A stretch of 58,659 bases of DNA, taken from NCBI GenBank assembly GCA_003141715.1, contig PLNF01000035.1:9837-68495 (forward strand), given 5' to 3'. Shown here piece by piece: positions 19,708-29,021 of the stretch. Each line of letters starts with the position of its first letter. Positions within the stretch are counted from its first letter, which is position 1. The stretch comes from Bacteroidales bacterium. Lineage in GTDB: Bacteria > Bacteroidota > Bacteroidia > Bacteroidales > VadinHA17. The position numbers and the translations under genes are program-made. A model generated the notes under the pieces. That model saw only the letters and a program-made list of their open reading frames with translations, was not told the DNA's origin and searched no databases.

Positions 19708-20349
19708 ATGGAAAGAATACGAATAATCATTGCAGATGATCACCAGCTATTTCGCAACGGATTAAAGATACTTCTGAATGCATTCCCCGAATTCGAAGTG
19801 ACAGCCGAAGCTTCAAATGGCGAAGAATTTCTGAAAATTCTGAAGAATACACAGGCAGATGTTGCCCTTATGGATATTAATATGCCTGAAATGGACGGGA
19901 TAGAAGCTACAAGAAAGGGCCTTAAGATTTGTCCGGGAATTGATATTATCGCTCTTTCAATGTATGGAGAGGAAGAATATTATTATAAGATGGTTGACGC
20001 CGGAGCCAAAGGATTCATTCTTAAAGATTCGGACATCTCAGAAGTTAAAGAAGCAATACTCACAGTAAGAAAAGGAGGCAGCTATTTCTCACAGGAGCTG
20101 CTTTATCATGTCATTCAGAAGATCAAATACCGCGAACAGGAAAGCAAATCGGCCAATCTTTCCAAAAGAGAAAAAGAAATACTGTTTAAAATCTGTGAAG
20201 GACTCTCTAACCAGGAGATCGCTGAGACACTTTTTATAAGTAAAAGAACCGTGGATAAGCACAGAGCAAACCTTCTCGGAAAGACAAACTCCAAGAATAC
20301 AGCAAGCCTGATACTCTTTGCAATACGAAATAAACTTATCGAGATCTAA
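19708..20349 (+). CDS. NarL/LuxR-family response regulator (alternative start 19678)
   Basis: IADDH, LMDINMP, FILK receiver; LSKREKEI...NQEIAETLFISKRTVDKHRANL HTH. Confidence 0.95.
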   Translation: MERIRIIIADDHQLFRNGLKILLNAFPEFEVTAEASNGEEFLKILKNTQADVALMDINMPEMDGIEATRKGLKICPGIDIIALSMYGEEEYYYKMVDAGAKGFILKDSDISEVKEAILTVRKGGSYFSQELLYHVIQKIKYREQESKSANLSKREKEILFKICEGLSNQEIAETLFISKRTVDKHRANLLGKTNSKNTASLILFAIRNKLIEI

Positions 20350-20359
20350 CATACTGTCC

Positions 20360-20725
20360 ATGGCCGAATCACATAACCTGGGACAAAAAGGAGAAGACCT
20401 TGCAGCAGATCACCTGAAGAAAGCAGGTTTCAAAATACTCTTCCGGAATTGGAAATGGGGAAAACACGAAATTGATATCATAGCTGAGAACCAGGATTTT
20501 ATTGTATTCATAGAGGTAAAAACACGGAATGACGACTTCCAGATGCATCCTGTTACTGCTGTAACCAAAGAAAAGCAAAAATCAATAATCTGGGCAGCAA
20601 ATGGCTATCTGCAAAAATTCAATATAGATAAAGAGGGCAGGTTTGACATAATAACTGTAATTAAATCTGTCGATTCATATCAGATCGATCATATAGAGGG
20701 TGCATTCTATCCGACTTTAAGATAA
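20360..20725 (+). CDS. YraN/UPF0102 family endonuclease-like protein
   Basis: LGQKGEDLA, RNW, EIDIIA, FIEVKTR, RFDII; start trimmed to the ATG at 20360. Confidence 0.92.
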   Translation: MAESHNLGQKGEDLAADHLKKAGFKILFRNWKWGKHEIDIIAENQDFIVFIEVKTRNDDFQMHPVTAVTKEKQKSIIWAANGYLQKFNIDKEGRFDIITVIKSVDSYQIDHIEGAFYPTLR

Positions 20726-20726
20726 G

Positions 20727-20827
20727 AAGTTTGGAGTGCCTAAAGTTTGGAGTGCCTAAAGTTAAAATGGTTGAAAAGGTTTAAGTCTAGTAAATTTATA
20801 GTAACTCTAAGTACTCTAGGCACTTTA
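20727..20827. repeat. Intergenic element: 2x16-bp direct repeat with a degenerate inverted right arm
   Basis: aagtttggagtgccta x2 (20727-20758); 20802-20827 on minus strand reads taaagtgcctagagtacttagagtta. Confidence 0.85.
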
Positions 20828-20848
20828 TGAATAAAAAACACCCTAATT

Positions 20849-21169
20849 ATGGATATAGTAACATTAAGAGACTATTGTATTTCAAAGAAAGGAGCCACTG
20901 AAAGCTTCCCCTTTGGAGACGATACTCTTGTTTTTAAAGCCGATGGAAAAATATTCGCCCTGGTCAACCTCGATGGTGACCTCAGTATAAACCTTAAATG
21001 TGACCCTGCTCTCGCGATCGACCTAAGGGAAAGATACTCCTCGGTTACCCCCGGCTACCATATGAATAAAAAACACTGGAACACTGTTTTACTTGATGGA
21101 TCTGTCCCTGATAAAGAGGTCCTCAGCTGGATCGATCATTCATACGATCTTATTTCAGGCAGGAGGTAA
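20849..21169 (+). CDS. MmcQ/YjbR family putative DNA-binding protein
   Basis: SFPFG, GKIFA, NLKCDP, PGYHMNKKHW. Confidence 0.93.
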   Translation: MDIVTLRDYCISKKGATESFPFGDDTLVFKADGKIFALVNLDGDLSINLKCDPALAIDLRERYSSVTPGYHMNKKHWNTVLLDGSVPDKEVLSWIDHSYDLISGRR

Positions 21170-21192
21170 ATCTACTGAATGGTGAGAATTAC

Positions 21193-21327
21193 TTGAACCA
21201 ACGAACAGTTGAACAAACGAATTCAGAAGTAAAAATTTAAATCAAACATTTAGAAATGAATATTATTTAGAGATTTATGTTCAATATTTTAACATTCTTA
21301 TTTCGGATGTTCTAATGTTCTTACTTC
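21193..21327. repeat. Degenerate inverted arrays of 7-8-bp GAAC-core repeats
   Basis: ttgaacca-acgaacag-ttgaacaa-acgaattc on left; gttc/nttc recurring every 7-8 bp at 21279-21327. Confidence 0.55.
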
Positions 21328-21474
21328 AAAAAAATACCAAATAACAAAATTACCTTAGAGATTCATTTCTGCAACTAATCAATTTTATTTCTTCATAATT
21401 TCTCTAGCTTAGCATTTTTATAAATTGAACTTATCGAATATTCAAGACCTAATTTGTAATTAAATTATAGTATT

Positions 21475-22680
21475 ATGAAGACCCGTCTCCTGCTGGCATT
21501 AATTCTATCCCTTTTTATTGTACCGTCCTTTGCGCAAAAGAAAAATACTGCTCATCAGAAAACCGAAGAGGGTTACAAGTTTACTCCGGTGGTCGAATTA
21601 AAAGCCACTCCTGTTAAAAACCAGGCAGGAACCGGAACCTGCTGGTGTTTCGCCACTACTTCATTTATTGAATCTGAACTACTCCGGAAAGGGAAAGGAG
21701 AATATGATCTTTCGGAAATGTATATAGTACGATATAATTATGTCGACCGGCTGCAAGATAATTTTATCCAACAGGGTAACGGAAACCTTGGTCAGGGCAG
21801 TGTCGGTCATGACTGGATGACAGAATTTGCGAAAAACGGAATTGTCCCCTATGAAGTATATACAGGTCTTAACTACAGCATGACAAACCACAATCATGGC
21901 GAATTGAATGCTTTTATAAATGCAATTGCCACCGTACCTCTAAAGAGAAACAAGGAAAGCGATCAGTATTTCACTATAGTCGATGCAGTGCTTGATACTT
22001 ATCTGGGTAAAGTTCCTCAATCCTTCACATATAAGGGAGTCGGCTACACTCCCAAATCCTTCACGGCTAGTCTTGGCATTAAACCCGAGGACTATGTTGA
22101 GATCACTTCATTCACCTTTTTCCCTTTTTATACTCAGGGATTGGTTCCTATTCCTGATAACTGGAGAAAAATGAATTATTACAATGTGCCTCTTAACGAA
22201 CTTATCATAATTATGGATTCTGCACTTATTAAAGGTTATACTATAGCCTGGGATGGCGATGTAAGCGAAAAAGGTTTTTCTCATTTCAAAGGGGTCGCAA
22301 TAATCCCGGAAATTGAAAATACTGATCAGTATTCCAGTGCCGACAAGTCCAGGTTGGGGAAAATGACTCCGGAGGAACGCGCTGCAGAAGCCTATAAGTT
22401 CAGCAGGCCTTTCCCGGAAGTTAAAGTAACTCAGGAATTTCGTGAAGAAGGATATGATAATAAAACTACGACTGACGATCATAGTATGCATATTACCGGT
22501 ATTGTGAAAGATCAGAACGGTACCAAATATTATATTACCAAGAACTCATATGGAACTGACAGGAATCCTTTCGAAGGCTACCTGAATATGTCTGAAAACT
22601 ATGTCCGGGCAAAAACGATCTATATTATGGTTAATAAAAATGCCATCCCGTCCGAGATAAAGACAAAACTGGGATTATGA
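21475..22680 (+). CDS. Exported C1B cysteine aminopeptidase (PepC/bleomycin hydrolase family)
   Basis: Signal peptide, NQAGTGTCWCF, DDHSMHI, KNSYG. Confidence 0.9.
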   Translation: MKTRLLLALILSLFIVPSFAQKKNTAHQKTEEGYKFTPVVELKATPVKNQAGTGTCWCFATTSFIESELLRKGKGEYDLSEMYIVRYNYVDRLQDNFIQQGNGNLGQGSVGHDWMTEFAKNGIVPYEVYTGLNYSMTNHNHGELNAFINAIATVPLKRNKESDQYFTIVDAVLDTYLGKVPQSFTYKGVGYTPKSFTASLGIKPEDYVEITSFTFFPFYTQGLVPIPDNWRKMNYYNVPLNELIIIMDSALIKGYTIAWDGDVSEKGFSHFKGVAIIPEIENTDQYSSADKSRLGKMTPEERAAEAYKFSRPFPEVKVTQEFREEGYDNKTTTDDHSMHITGIVKDQNGTKYYITKNSYGTDRNPFEGYLNMSENYVRAKTIYIMVNKNAIPSEIKTKLGL

Positions 22681-22688
22681 AATGAATG

Positions 22689-22716
22689 GTAGGGTCATGC
22701 CATGGCATGACCTTAT
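22689..22716. repeat. GTAG-type REP-like palindrome between convergent genes
   Basis: GTAG followed by perfect 20-bp palindrome GGTCATGCCA|TGGCATGACC (22693-22712). Confidence 0.75.
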
Positions 22717-23711
22717 TCCACCAGTAGATTACAGCCTCTTATATTAGAATTGTCAAACCTGCCGAGTACTTCGAACCCTCCGTCCTCGTAAACTTTGCCG
22801 AGATCGCCGGTAGCAATAAAGGAACATGAGTTTATATTTGCCAGGTCGATTATATTAATTCCTCCTGTTCCGGCTGGTTCGTTATAAAGGGTTAGAGGAT
22901 CCTGTGGATCTCTGATAATTATTTTCATCCATGGAGGACAATAAAATATCCCATCACCTTTTGAGTACGCCTGACTCAATAATTCAGTCATCCCATACTC
23001 CGAATGAATTGAAAGTACATTCAATTTCCCTTTCAGAATAGAATGAAGTTCTGAACGAGTCAGCTCTTTCCTCCTGCCTTTCATACCACCTGTCTCCATC
23101 ACGATTACTCCGGAAAGATCAGGTGACTGATTTTCCGCCAGATCAATCAAGGCAAAACTGACACCAAGCAATAAGACTTTCTGTTTTTCTTCTTTCGCCT
23201 TTTTTATTGTATGAATAAGGTCTTCGATATTATTTTTGTAGAATCCGCTATAAGGATTCCGGCTTTTCTTAATCAGATTATCAACCATATAAACGAGCGA
23301 AGATCCTTCTCTTTCCATGTATGACGGAAGCAAAGCGGCAATAAGATATTCTTCCGGTTCGCCGTAAAACAGGCTGAAAGATCTCAGGAAACTCTCCTCA
23401 TATAAAAGTAAATCATTTACGAAATGTTTCCCGGTAGTAATGCCTGTTGTCCCACTGCTTTCAAAGATAATTTCGACAGGAAGATCACCGGTAACGATTT
23501 TATGATTTCTGAAGAATTCAACTGGTAGAAAAGGTATTTCATAAGGAGTTTTTATTTTAGAACAGCCCTTTCCAAGACTTTTTAAAAAGTTGTGATATAT
23601 AGTATTATTATTGTATTGATAATTAAATACTTCAAATGTAGTTTCCCAAAAGTCTGTCTTGCTTTTAATATTGAATATCCGCCTCTGCAAATTCTGCAAT
23701 TGCATTATCAT
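22713..23711 (-). CDS. LuxE/PaaK-like acyl-protein synthetase (acyltransferase) family protein
   Basis: FESSGTTG, METGGMKGRR, SEYGMTELLSQAY, ATGDLG, LGRFD..IRGC; start placed at the ATGA overlap (track start 23765). Confidence 0.88.
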   Translation of the reverse strand: MIMQLQNLQRRIFNIKSKTDFWETTFEVFNYQYNNNTIYHNFLKSLGKGCSKIKTPYEIPFLPVEFFRNHKIVTGDLPVEIIFESSGTTGITTGKHFVNDLLLYEESFLRSFSLFYGEPEEYLIAALLPSYMEREGSSLVYMVDNLIKKSRNPYSGFYKNNIEDLIHTIKKAKEEKQKVLLLGVSFALIDLAENQSPDLSGVIVMETGGMKGRRKELTRSELHSILKGKLNVLSIHSEYGMTELLSQAYSKGDGIFYCPPWMKIIIRDPQDPLTLYNEPAGTGGINIIDLANINSCSFIATGDLGKVYEDGGFEVLGRFDNSNIRGCNLLVE

Positions 23712-24238
23712 TTGCCTGGAAAAGTTAATGAGCCATCCGGCTGATAGACCCATTGGAAAGTACATTCCCCATAGACAATCCCCTGCCTGGTTTCATTAAC
23801 TGTACTGACAATCCTGAATTTTGTATAATCTTCGTTCCCTGATCTATAGATCCATACCTGGTTGGCATTTATCGGATCGGCCATATCCTGCCATTGTGTT
23901 ACAGAAACGGTTTTAAGATTGTTAAAAGCCGATTGTGCCGTTGTTTCATCAGCATAATCACCAATTTTAAAAAATGATGGTTTAAGATTATTGTTCTGTA
24001 ATGTTAATCTTGGAGGCAGAGTGTCAACATTAACATATAAAGATATGTCATATCCCTGAGCATTAATTGTGGATACCAGCTTTGCCCCGGAAAATGAAAA
24101 CCCATAGTTATAATAAGTTGTAGAGAAGTAAGTGATATTGTCAATAGTATCAATGCCGGAAGTACGGGTTGGTTCCTTTTTCGTACAGGCTGTAAGAATT
24201 AAAAAACTCCCAAGAAATATGAATACTATCTTTTTCAT
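23708..24238 (-). CDS. Hypothetical lipoprotein (possibly HmuY-like fold)
   Basis: Lipobox LTAC; C-terminal VWIYRS..DYTKFRIVS...TFQWVYQPDGS beta pattern. Confidence 0.7.
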   Translation of the reverse strand: MKKIVFIFLGSFLILTACTKKEPTRTSGIDTIDNITYFSTTYYNYGFSFSGAKLVSTINAQGYDISLYVNVDTLPPRLTLQNNNLKPSFFKIGDYADETTAQSAFNNLKTVSVTQWQDMADPINANQVWIYRSGNEDYTKFRIVSTVNETRQGIVYGECTFQWVYQPDGSLTFPGK

Positions 24239-24242
24239 AATG

Positions 24243-24250
24243 CAAAGATA
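24243..24250 (-). promoter_or_regulatory. -7 promoter element directly upstream of the lipoprotein ATG
   Basis: TATCTTTG then CATT then ATG. Confidence 0.55.
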
Positions 24251-24259
24251 ATAGATCTT

Positions 24260-25522
24260 CTATTCTCCCCGTATCGCTGTTATCCCGGGCAGCTTCTTCC
24301 CTTCCATATACTCAAGCATCGCACCGCCACCGGTTGAAACGTAGCTCACTTTATCAGCGAGTCCGTTTTTGTTTATTGCAGCTACGGAATCGCCGCCTCC
24401 GATAAGACTGTATGCTCCTTTCGCTGTTGCTGCGGCTATAGCCTTAGCCACGGCAGTTGTTCCTTTTGAGAATTTTTCCATCTCAAAAACTCCCATTGGC
24501 CCGTTCCACAGAATTGTTTTTGAATTTTCAATAACCGAAGAAAATTCCTTAATAGTTTTCTCAGCAATATCCAGACCCAGCCATCCATCTTCAACGGCAT
24601 TGGCAGCAGTAACATGAGTATTAGCCTCATTATCAAACTTATCAGCATTCAGACTATCGACCGGAAGATAAAGTTTGACTTTCTTTTCTTTGGCTTTTTC
24701 AATAAGTTTCAATGCGAGATCAAGCTTGTCCTCTTCACAGAGAGACTTGCCGATTTTACCACCCATTGCTTTAATAAAGGTATAGGTCATTCCTCCACCT
24801 ATAATCAGATTATCAACCCTGTTAAGAAGATTTTCAATCAGCATGATCTTATCTGAAACTTTTGCTCCTCCCATTATTGCTGTAAACGGCCGCTGGGGAT
24901 CCTTAAGAACCTTATCCATTGCTGCAAGCTCACTGTTAATGAGGAAACCGAACATTCTTTTATCAGTGTCGAAATAATCAGCCATGACAGCAGTGGTCGC
25001 ATGAGCACGGTGGGCTGTCCCAAATGCATCATTAACATAAATTTCTGCATAACCTGCCAGTTTTTTTGCCATTTCTTTCTGCCTGATCTTCATCTCAGCT
25101 TTAGCGGCTTTCTTTTCCTCATCAGTAACTGTCTCAGGCAGAATTGGTTTCCCCTCTTCTTCCGGATAAAAACGTACATTCTCCAGAAGAAGGATCTCTC
25201 CCGGTTTCAGTGCGGCTGACATTTTCATGGCTGATTCCCCGAGGCAATCATCTGCGAACAGTACCTTTTTTCCAAGAAGTTTTTCCAGAACCGGAAGAAC
25301 AGGCTTAAGCGAATATTTCTCCATACGTCCCTCAGGCCTTCCCAGATGTGACATAAGGATCAGGCATCCGCCATCGTTAAGAATTTTATTAATTGTAAGT
25401 AATGCTCCCCTGATACGGGTATCATCGGTTACTGTAAAAGTCTTTTTGTCGAGGGGTACATTGAAATCGACCCTTACTATTGCCTTCTTTCCTTTGAAAT
25501 TAAAGTCCTGAATCATTTTCAT
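24260..25522 (-). CDS. pgk: Phosphoglycerate kinase
   Basis: [43 protein letters not shown]. Confidence 0.99.
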   Translation of the reverse strand: MKMIQDFNFKGKKAIVRVDFNVPLDKKTFTVTDDTRIRGALLTINKILNDGGCLILMSHLGRPEGRMEKYSLKPVLPVLEKLLGKKVLFADDCLGESAMKMSAALKPGEILLLENVRFYPEEEGKPILPETVTDEEKKAAKAEMKIRQKEMAKKLAGYAEIYVNDAFGTAHRAHATTAVMADYFDTDKRMFGFLINSELAAMDKVLKDPQRPFTAIMGGAKVSDKIMLIENLLNRVDNLIIGGGMTYTFIKAMGGKIGKSLCEEDKLDLALKLIEKAKEKKVKLYLPVDSLNADKFDNEANTHVTAANAVEDGWLGLDIAEKTIKEFSSVIENSKTILWNGPMGVFEMEKFSKGTTAVAKAIAAATAKGAYSLIGGGDSVAAINKNGLADKVSYVSTGGGAMLEYMEGKKLPGITAIRGE

Positions 25523-25672
25523 AGATCAAATATTTTTATTTAACACAAGAAATTCTCAATTACAAACCTACATTTTTTTTGGAAATATTCATTTGCAAAA
25601 ATGGCTCAAAATATAAACCTCTGAGTAACTCTGTGAATTCATAAAAGATTATTTAAATTTGAAAAAAAAGTC

Positions 25673-26170
25673 ATGACAAAAATCACACTTAAAGGGAATC
25701 CCATCAATACATCCGGAAACCTTCCGGCTAAAGGTAGCAAAGCCCCCAATTTTACACTTGTTAAATCTGACCTAACAAATCTTTCTCTATCAGAGCTTAA
25801 GGGTAAAAAACTTATACTGAACATATTCCCAAGTCTGGACACTTCAACGTGTGCCACCTCAGTCCGCAAATTCAACCAGTTGGCCGCAGGGAAAACCAAT
25901 ACAGTAGTTCTTGCAATTTCAAAGGACCTTCCCTTCGCTCACGGGAGGTTTTGTTCCACTGAAGGAATTACAAATGTGACCACCCTCTCAGGATTCCGCG
26001 ATTCAGCTTTCGGAAAATCATACGGTATCGATATAATCGACGGACCGCTTGCCGGTGTTTATGGGCGCAGTATTGTGGTTGTTGATGAAAATGGAAAAGT
26101 TACTTATACCCAGCTTGTCCCTGAGATAACGCAGGAGCCTGATTATGATTCGGCACTTGCTGCTTTATAA
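25673..26170 (+). CDS. tpx: Thiol peroxidase (atypical 2-Cys peroxiredoxin)
   Basis: FPSLDTSTC, SKDLPFA..RFC. Confidence 0.96.
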   Translation: MTKITLKGNPINTSGNLPAKGSKAPNFTLVKSDLTNLSLSELKGKKLILNIFPSLDTSTCATSVRKFNQLAAGKTNTVVLAISKDLPFAHGRFCSTEGITNVTTLSGFRDSAFGKSYGIDIIDGPLAGVYGRSIVVVDENGKVTYTQLVPEITQEPDYDSALAAL

Positions 26171-26193
26171 GTATCTGAAAGAATAATCGGAAG

Positions 26194-27321
26194 ATGAATT
26201 TTTCACAGATCCCTGGTCAAAAAGAGATTAAAGCAAAACTGCTCCGGTCTGTAAAGGAAGAAAGAGTCAGCCATGCACAGCTTTTTGCAGGGCCTGAAGG
26301 TTGTGGCAGTATGGCTCTGGCATTGGCGTATGCCCGGTATATCAATTGTGAGAGCCGGACAGACTATGACTCATGCGGTACCTGTAAGTCGTGCGTAAAA
26401 TATGAGAAACTGATCCATCCCGATCTTCATTTTGTCTTTCCCGTTATAAAAGGGAAGAAAGTCACAGATCCGGTAAGTGACAATTATTTAGAGGAATGGA
26501 GAGAGTTTGTAAAAAGGTCTCCCTATTTTACTCTTAATAACTGGATGGATTCTATAGAAGTCGGGAATGCCCAGGGGATGATATTTGCTTCGGAAGCCTC
26601 TGAAATAATAAAAAAACTGAGTCTTAAGACTTTCGAATCAGACTTTAAGATTATGATAATCTGGCTGCCAGAAAAAATGCATCAGGCAACAGCCAATAAA
26701 CTTCTGAAGATGATAGAGGAGCCGCCGGAAAAAACTCTTTTCCTCCTGGTTTCAGAAGAGCCCGATAAGGTAATACCTACAATCCTTTCAAGGTGTCAGC
26801 TTGTTAAAGTCCCTTCCTTCAACAGTCGTGATATTAAAAAATACCTTATAGACAGGTTTAACATAGCAGTCGATAAAGCTGCTGATATATCACGTGTGTC
26901 AAACGGAAATATAACAAGGGCAATTGAGTTTTGTGAAAATGAAGACTCTTCACTGGCAAATCTTGAACGTTTTAAAAGTCTGATGAGATTTGCCTGGAAA
27001 CGTGACATCATTTCAATTATCAATTGGTCAGAAGAGATTTCAACAACAGGCAGGGAAGCTCAGAAAAACTTTATTTCTTTTTCTATGAGAATTCTCCGGG
27101 AAAACCTGATGCTATCTCTCGATCAGTTGAAAAACAGTCTCGTTTTCCTGACAGGTGAAGAGGCAACTTTCTCAGGAAATTTTCACCCCTTCATAAATCA
27201 GAATAATATTTATCCGCTTACAGAAGAGTTCAATCTTGTCTATTCCCATATTGAGTCAAACGGAAATGCAAAAATAATCTTCCTTGACCTGGCATTGAAA
27301 GTTACAAGGCTTATCCGCTGA
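26194..27321 (+). CDS. holB: DNA polymerase III delta-prime subunit
   Basis: HAQLFAGPEG, C..C..C Zn site, HPDLH, ANKLLKMIEEPP, TILSRCQ. Confidence 0.92.
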   Translation: MNFSQIPGQKEIKAKLLRSVKEERVSHAQLFAGPEGCGSMALALAYARYINCESRTDYDSCGTCKSCVKYEKLIHPDLHFVFPVIKGKKVTDPVSDNYLEEWREFVKRSPYFTLNNWMDSIEVGNAQGMIFASEASEIIKKLSLKTFESDFKIMIIWLPEKMHQATANKLLKMIEEPPEKTLFLLVSEEPDKVIPTILSRCQLVKVPSFNSRDIKKYLIDRFNIAVDKAADISRVSNGNITRAIEFCENEDSSLANLERFKSLMRFAWKRDIISIINWSEEISTTGREAQKNFISFSMRILRENLMLSLDQLKNSLVFLTGEEATFSGNFHPFINQNNIYPLTEEFNLVYSHIESNGNAKIIFLDLALKVTRLIR

Positions 27322-27359
27322 TCAAAACACCGAATCTTGAATTTGATTCATTTATTCAC

Positions 27360-27367
27360 TACTTTTG
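27360..27367 (+). promoter_or_regulatory. -7 promoter element upstream of ricT
   Basis: TACTTTTG. Confidence 0.55.
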
Positions 27368-27396
27368 CGGAATAATTTCTGAATCTAAAGAGTTTT

Positions 27397-28548
27397 ATGA
27401 CAGATAATGAAGATATTCAAGGGCAGACAGGGGAAGAGATCCGGATGCCTGATATAACATATAAGCCCGGGTATAATAAACTGGATTCTTTCAACTGGTT
27501 GAAAGATTTGCATGAAACTCCTGACTTAAATGACACAGTAGAAATCCGATTCAAAAATACCAGAAAAGGGTTTTTCAGGAATGTAAACGGATTAAGACTT
27601 GAGATTGGTGATGTGGTCGCAGTGGAGGCATCTCCGGGACATGATATAGGCAGAGTTTCGATGGTTGGACATCTGGTGGAAGAACAACTAAAAAGACTGA
27701 AGGTACATCCATCCCCCGATGATCTGAAAAAAGTGTACCGTAAGGCAAAAGCTGTTGACATTCAGAAATGGGAAGAGGCAAAGAAACTGGAGACCCCGAC
27801 TATGTTGCGTTCAAGAAATATTTCTGAAGAACTCAAACTTAATATGAAGATCGGGGATGTTGAATATCAGGGCGATAAGACAAAGGCCATATTCTATTAC
27901 ATAGCCGATGAGAGAGTGGATTTCCGCCAGCTTATTAAAGTCCTTGCCGATGAATTCAGGGTAAGAATAGAGATGCGCCAGATAGGTGCGCGCCAGGAAG
28001 CAGGAAGAATAGGAGGAATCGGATCATGTGGAAGAGAACTTTGCTGTGCGACCCATATTACTAATTTTATTTCAGTTACAACAACTCATGCTAAATACCA
28101 GGAGTTATCGCTGAATCCACAAAAACTCGCCGGGCAATGCAGTAAACTTAAATGCTGCCTCAACTTTGAATTAGATTGTTATGTTGATGCACAAAGGTCA
28201 TTTCCGCCAAGAGATGTTGCGCTTGAAGCTCTTGACTGTACCGGCTATTTCCAGAAGCTGGAAGTTCATAAAGGTCTATACTGGTATTCGACAGATCCGC
28301 ATTCAAATGCGAACCTTATCGCACTTCCGGTGCAGAGGGTCAGGGAGATTCAGGCTATTAACAGAAAAGGGGAAAAAGTCGATAAGCTTAAACTGATCGA
28401 TGAATCATGGGAGATAAAACCAGTTTCTCAGGACTTGTTGAAGAATAACAGTCTTACAAGGTTCGATCCTCCTGATAACAAAAATCAGCAGAACAAGAAT
28501 CCACACAAAAGAAAAAACAGAAGATTCAATGATAAAAGGAATAAATAG
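27397..28548 (+). CDS. ricT: PSP1-domain / RicT (YaaT) family Fe-S protein
   Basis: RVDFRQL, RIEMRQIG.R, GSCGRELCC, KLAGQCSKLKCCL. Confidence 0.9.
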   Translation: MTDNEDIQGQTGEEIRMPDITYKPGYNKLDSFNWLKDLHETPDLNDTVEIRFKNTRKGFFRNVNGLRLEIGDVVAVEASPGHDIGRVSMVGHLVEEQLKRLKVHPSPDDLKKVYRKAKAVDIQKWEEAKKLETPTMLRSRNISEELKLNMKIGDVEYQGDKTKAIFYYIADERVDFRQLIKVLADEFRVRIEMRQIGARQEAGRIGGIGSCGRELCCATHITNFISVTTTHAKYQELSLNPQKLAGQCSKLKCCLNFELDCYVDAQRSFPPRDVALEALDCTGYFQKLEVHKGLYWYSTDPHSNANLIALPVQRVREIQAINRKGEKVDKLKLIDESWEIKPVSQDLLKNNSLTRFDPPDNKNQQNKNPHKRKNRRFNDKRNK

Positions 28549-29011
28549 ATTTTCATTCATTTTAATATTGACATTCTTATTATTATTCTTATCATGCAAC
28601 AGTAAGGTTATTTATACAAATTCCCAGGCAATGGATGAAGAGACCTGGAAGCTGATGGATATACCCACATTTAAAGTACCAATAACAGATACTCTTAACA
28701 GCAATAATGTATTTTTTACTATCAGAAACGGCTCCTCTTACCCATTTCGTAATATTTATCTTTTCGTGACAACAACATCCCCGGATGGAAGAAAAATTAC
28801 CGATACTCTTCAGTACAACCTTGCTGATGAAAAGGGAAAATGGTATGGTAAGGGATTTGGTGATATACATGAACTGAATCTTCCATATAAATCAAATGTC
28901 TATTTTCCCTTAAAAGGCACATACGAGTTTAAGATTCAGCATGGTATGCGCATTGAAAATCTTAAGGGTGTTTATGATTTCGGATTGAGAATAGAAAAGA
29001 TCAGAAAATAA
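28529..29011 (+). CDS. gldH: Gliding motility lipoprotein GldH homolog
   Basis: Lipobox FLSC, YPFRNIYL, DTLQYNLA..GKWYGKG, IQHGMR; follows the PSP1 gene as usual in Bacteroidota. Confidence 0.88.
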   Translation: MIKGINRFSFILILTFLLLFLSCNSKVIYTNSQAMDEETWKLMDIPTFKVPITDTLNSNNVFFTIRNGSSYPFRNIYLFVTTTSPDGRKITDTLQYNLADEKGKWYGKGFGDIHELNLPYKSNVYFPLKGTYEFKIQHGMRIENLKGVYDFGLRIEKIRK

Positions 29012-29021
29012 ATCTCTGCAG

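Noticed and set aside
20727-20758. 16-bp direct repeat as a mini-CRISPR
   Set aside because: Units are adjacent with no spacer and too short; no cas genes
22535-22560. KNSYG instead of KNSWG in the C1B peptidase
   Set aside because: Conservative aromatic change; catalytic Cys, His and Asn are intact
25075-25160. Charged insertion in PGK ([21 protein letters not shown])
   Set aside because: Lineage-typical Bacteroidales PGK insert, not novel
28529-29011. gldH as evidence of gliding motility
   Set aside because: GldH homologs also occur in non-gliding Bacteroidales; no gldK/L/M/N or sprB in the window
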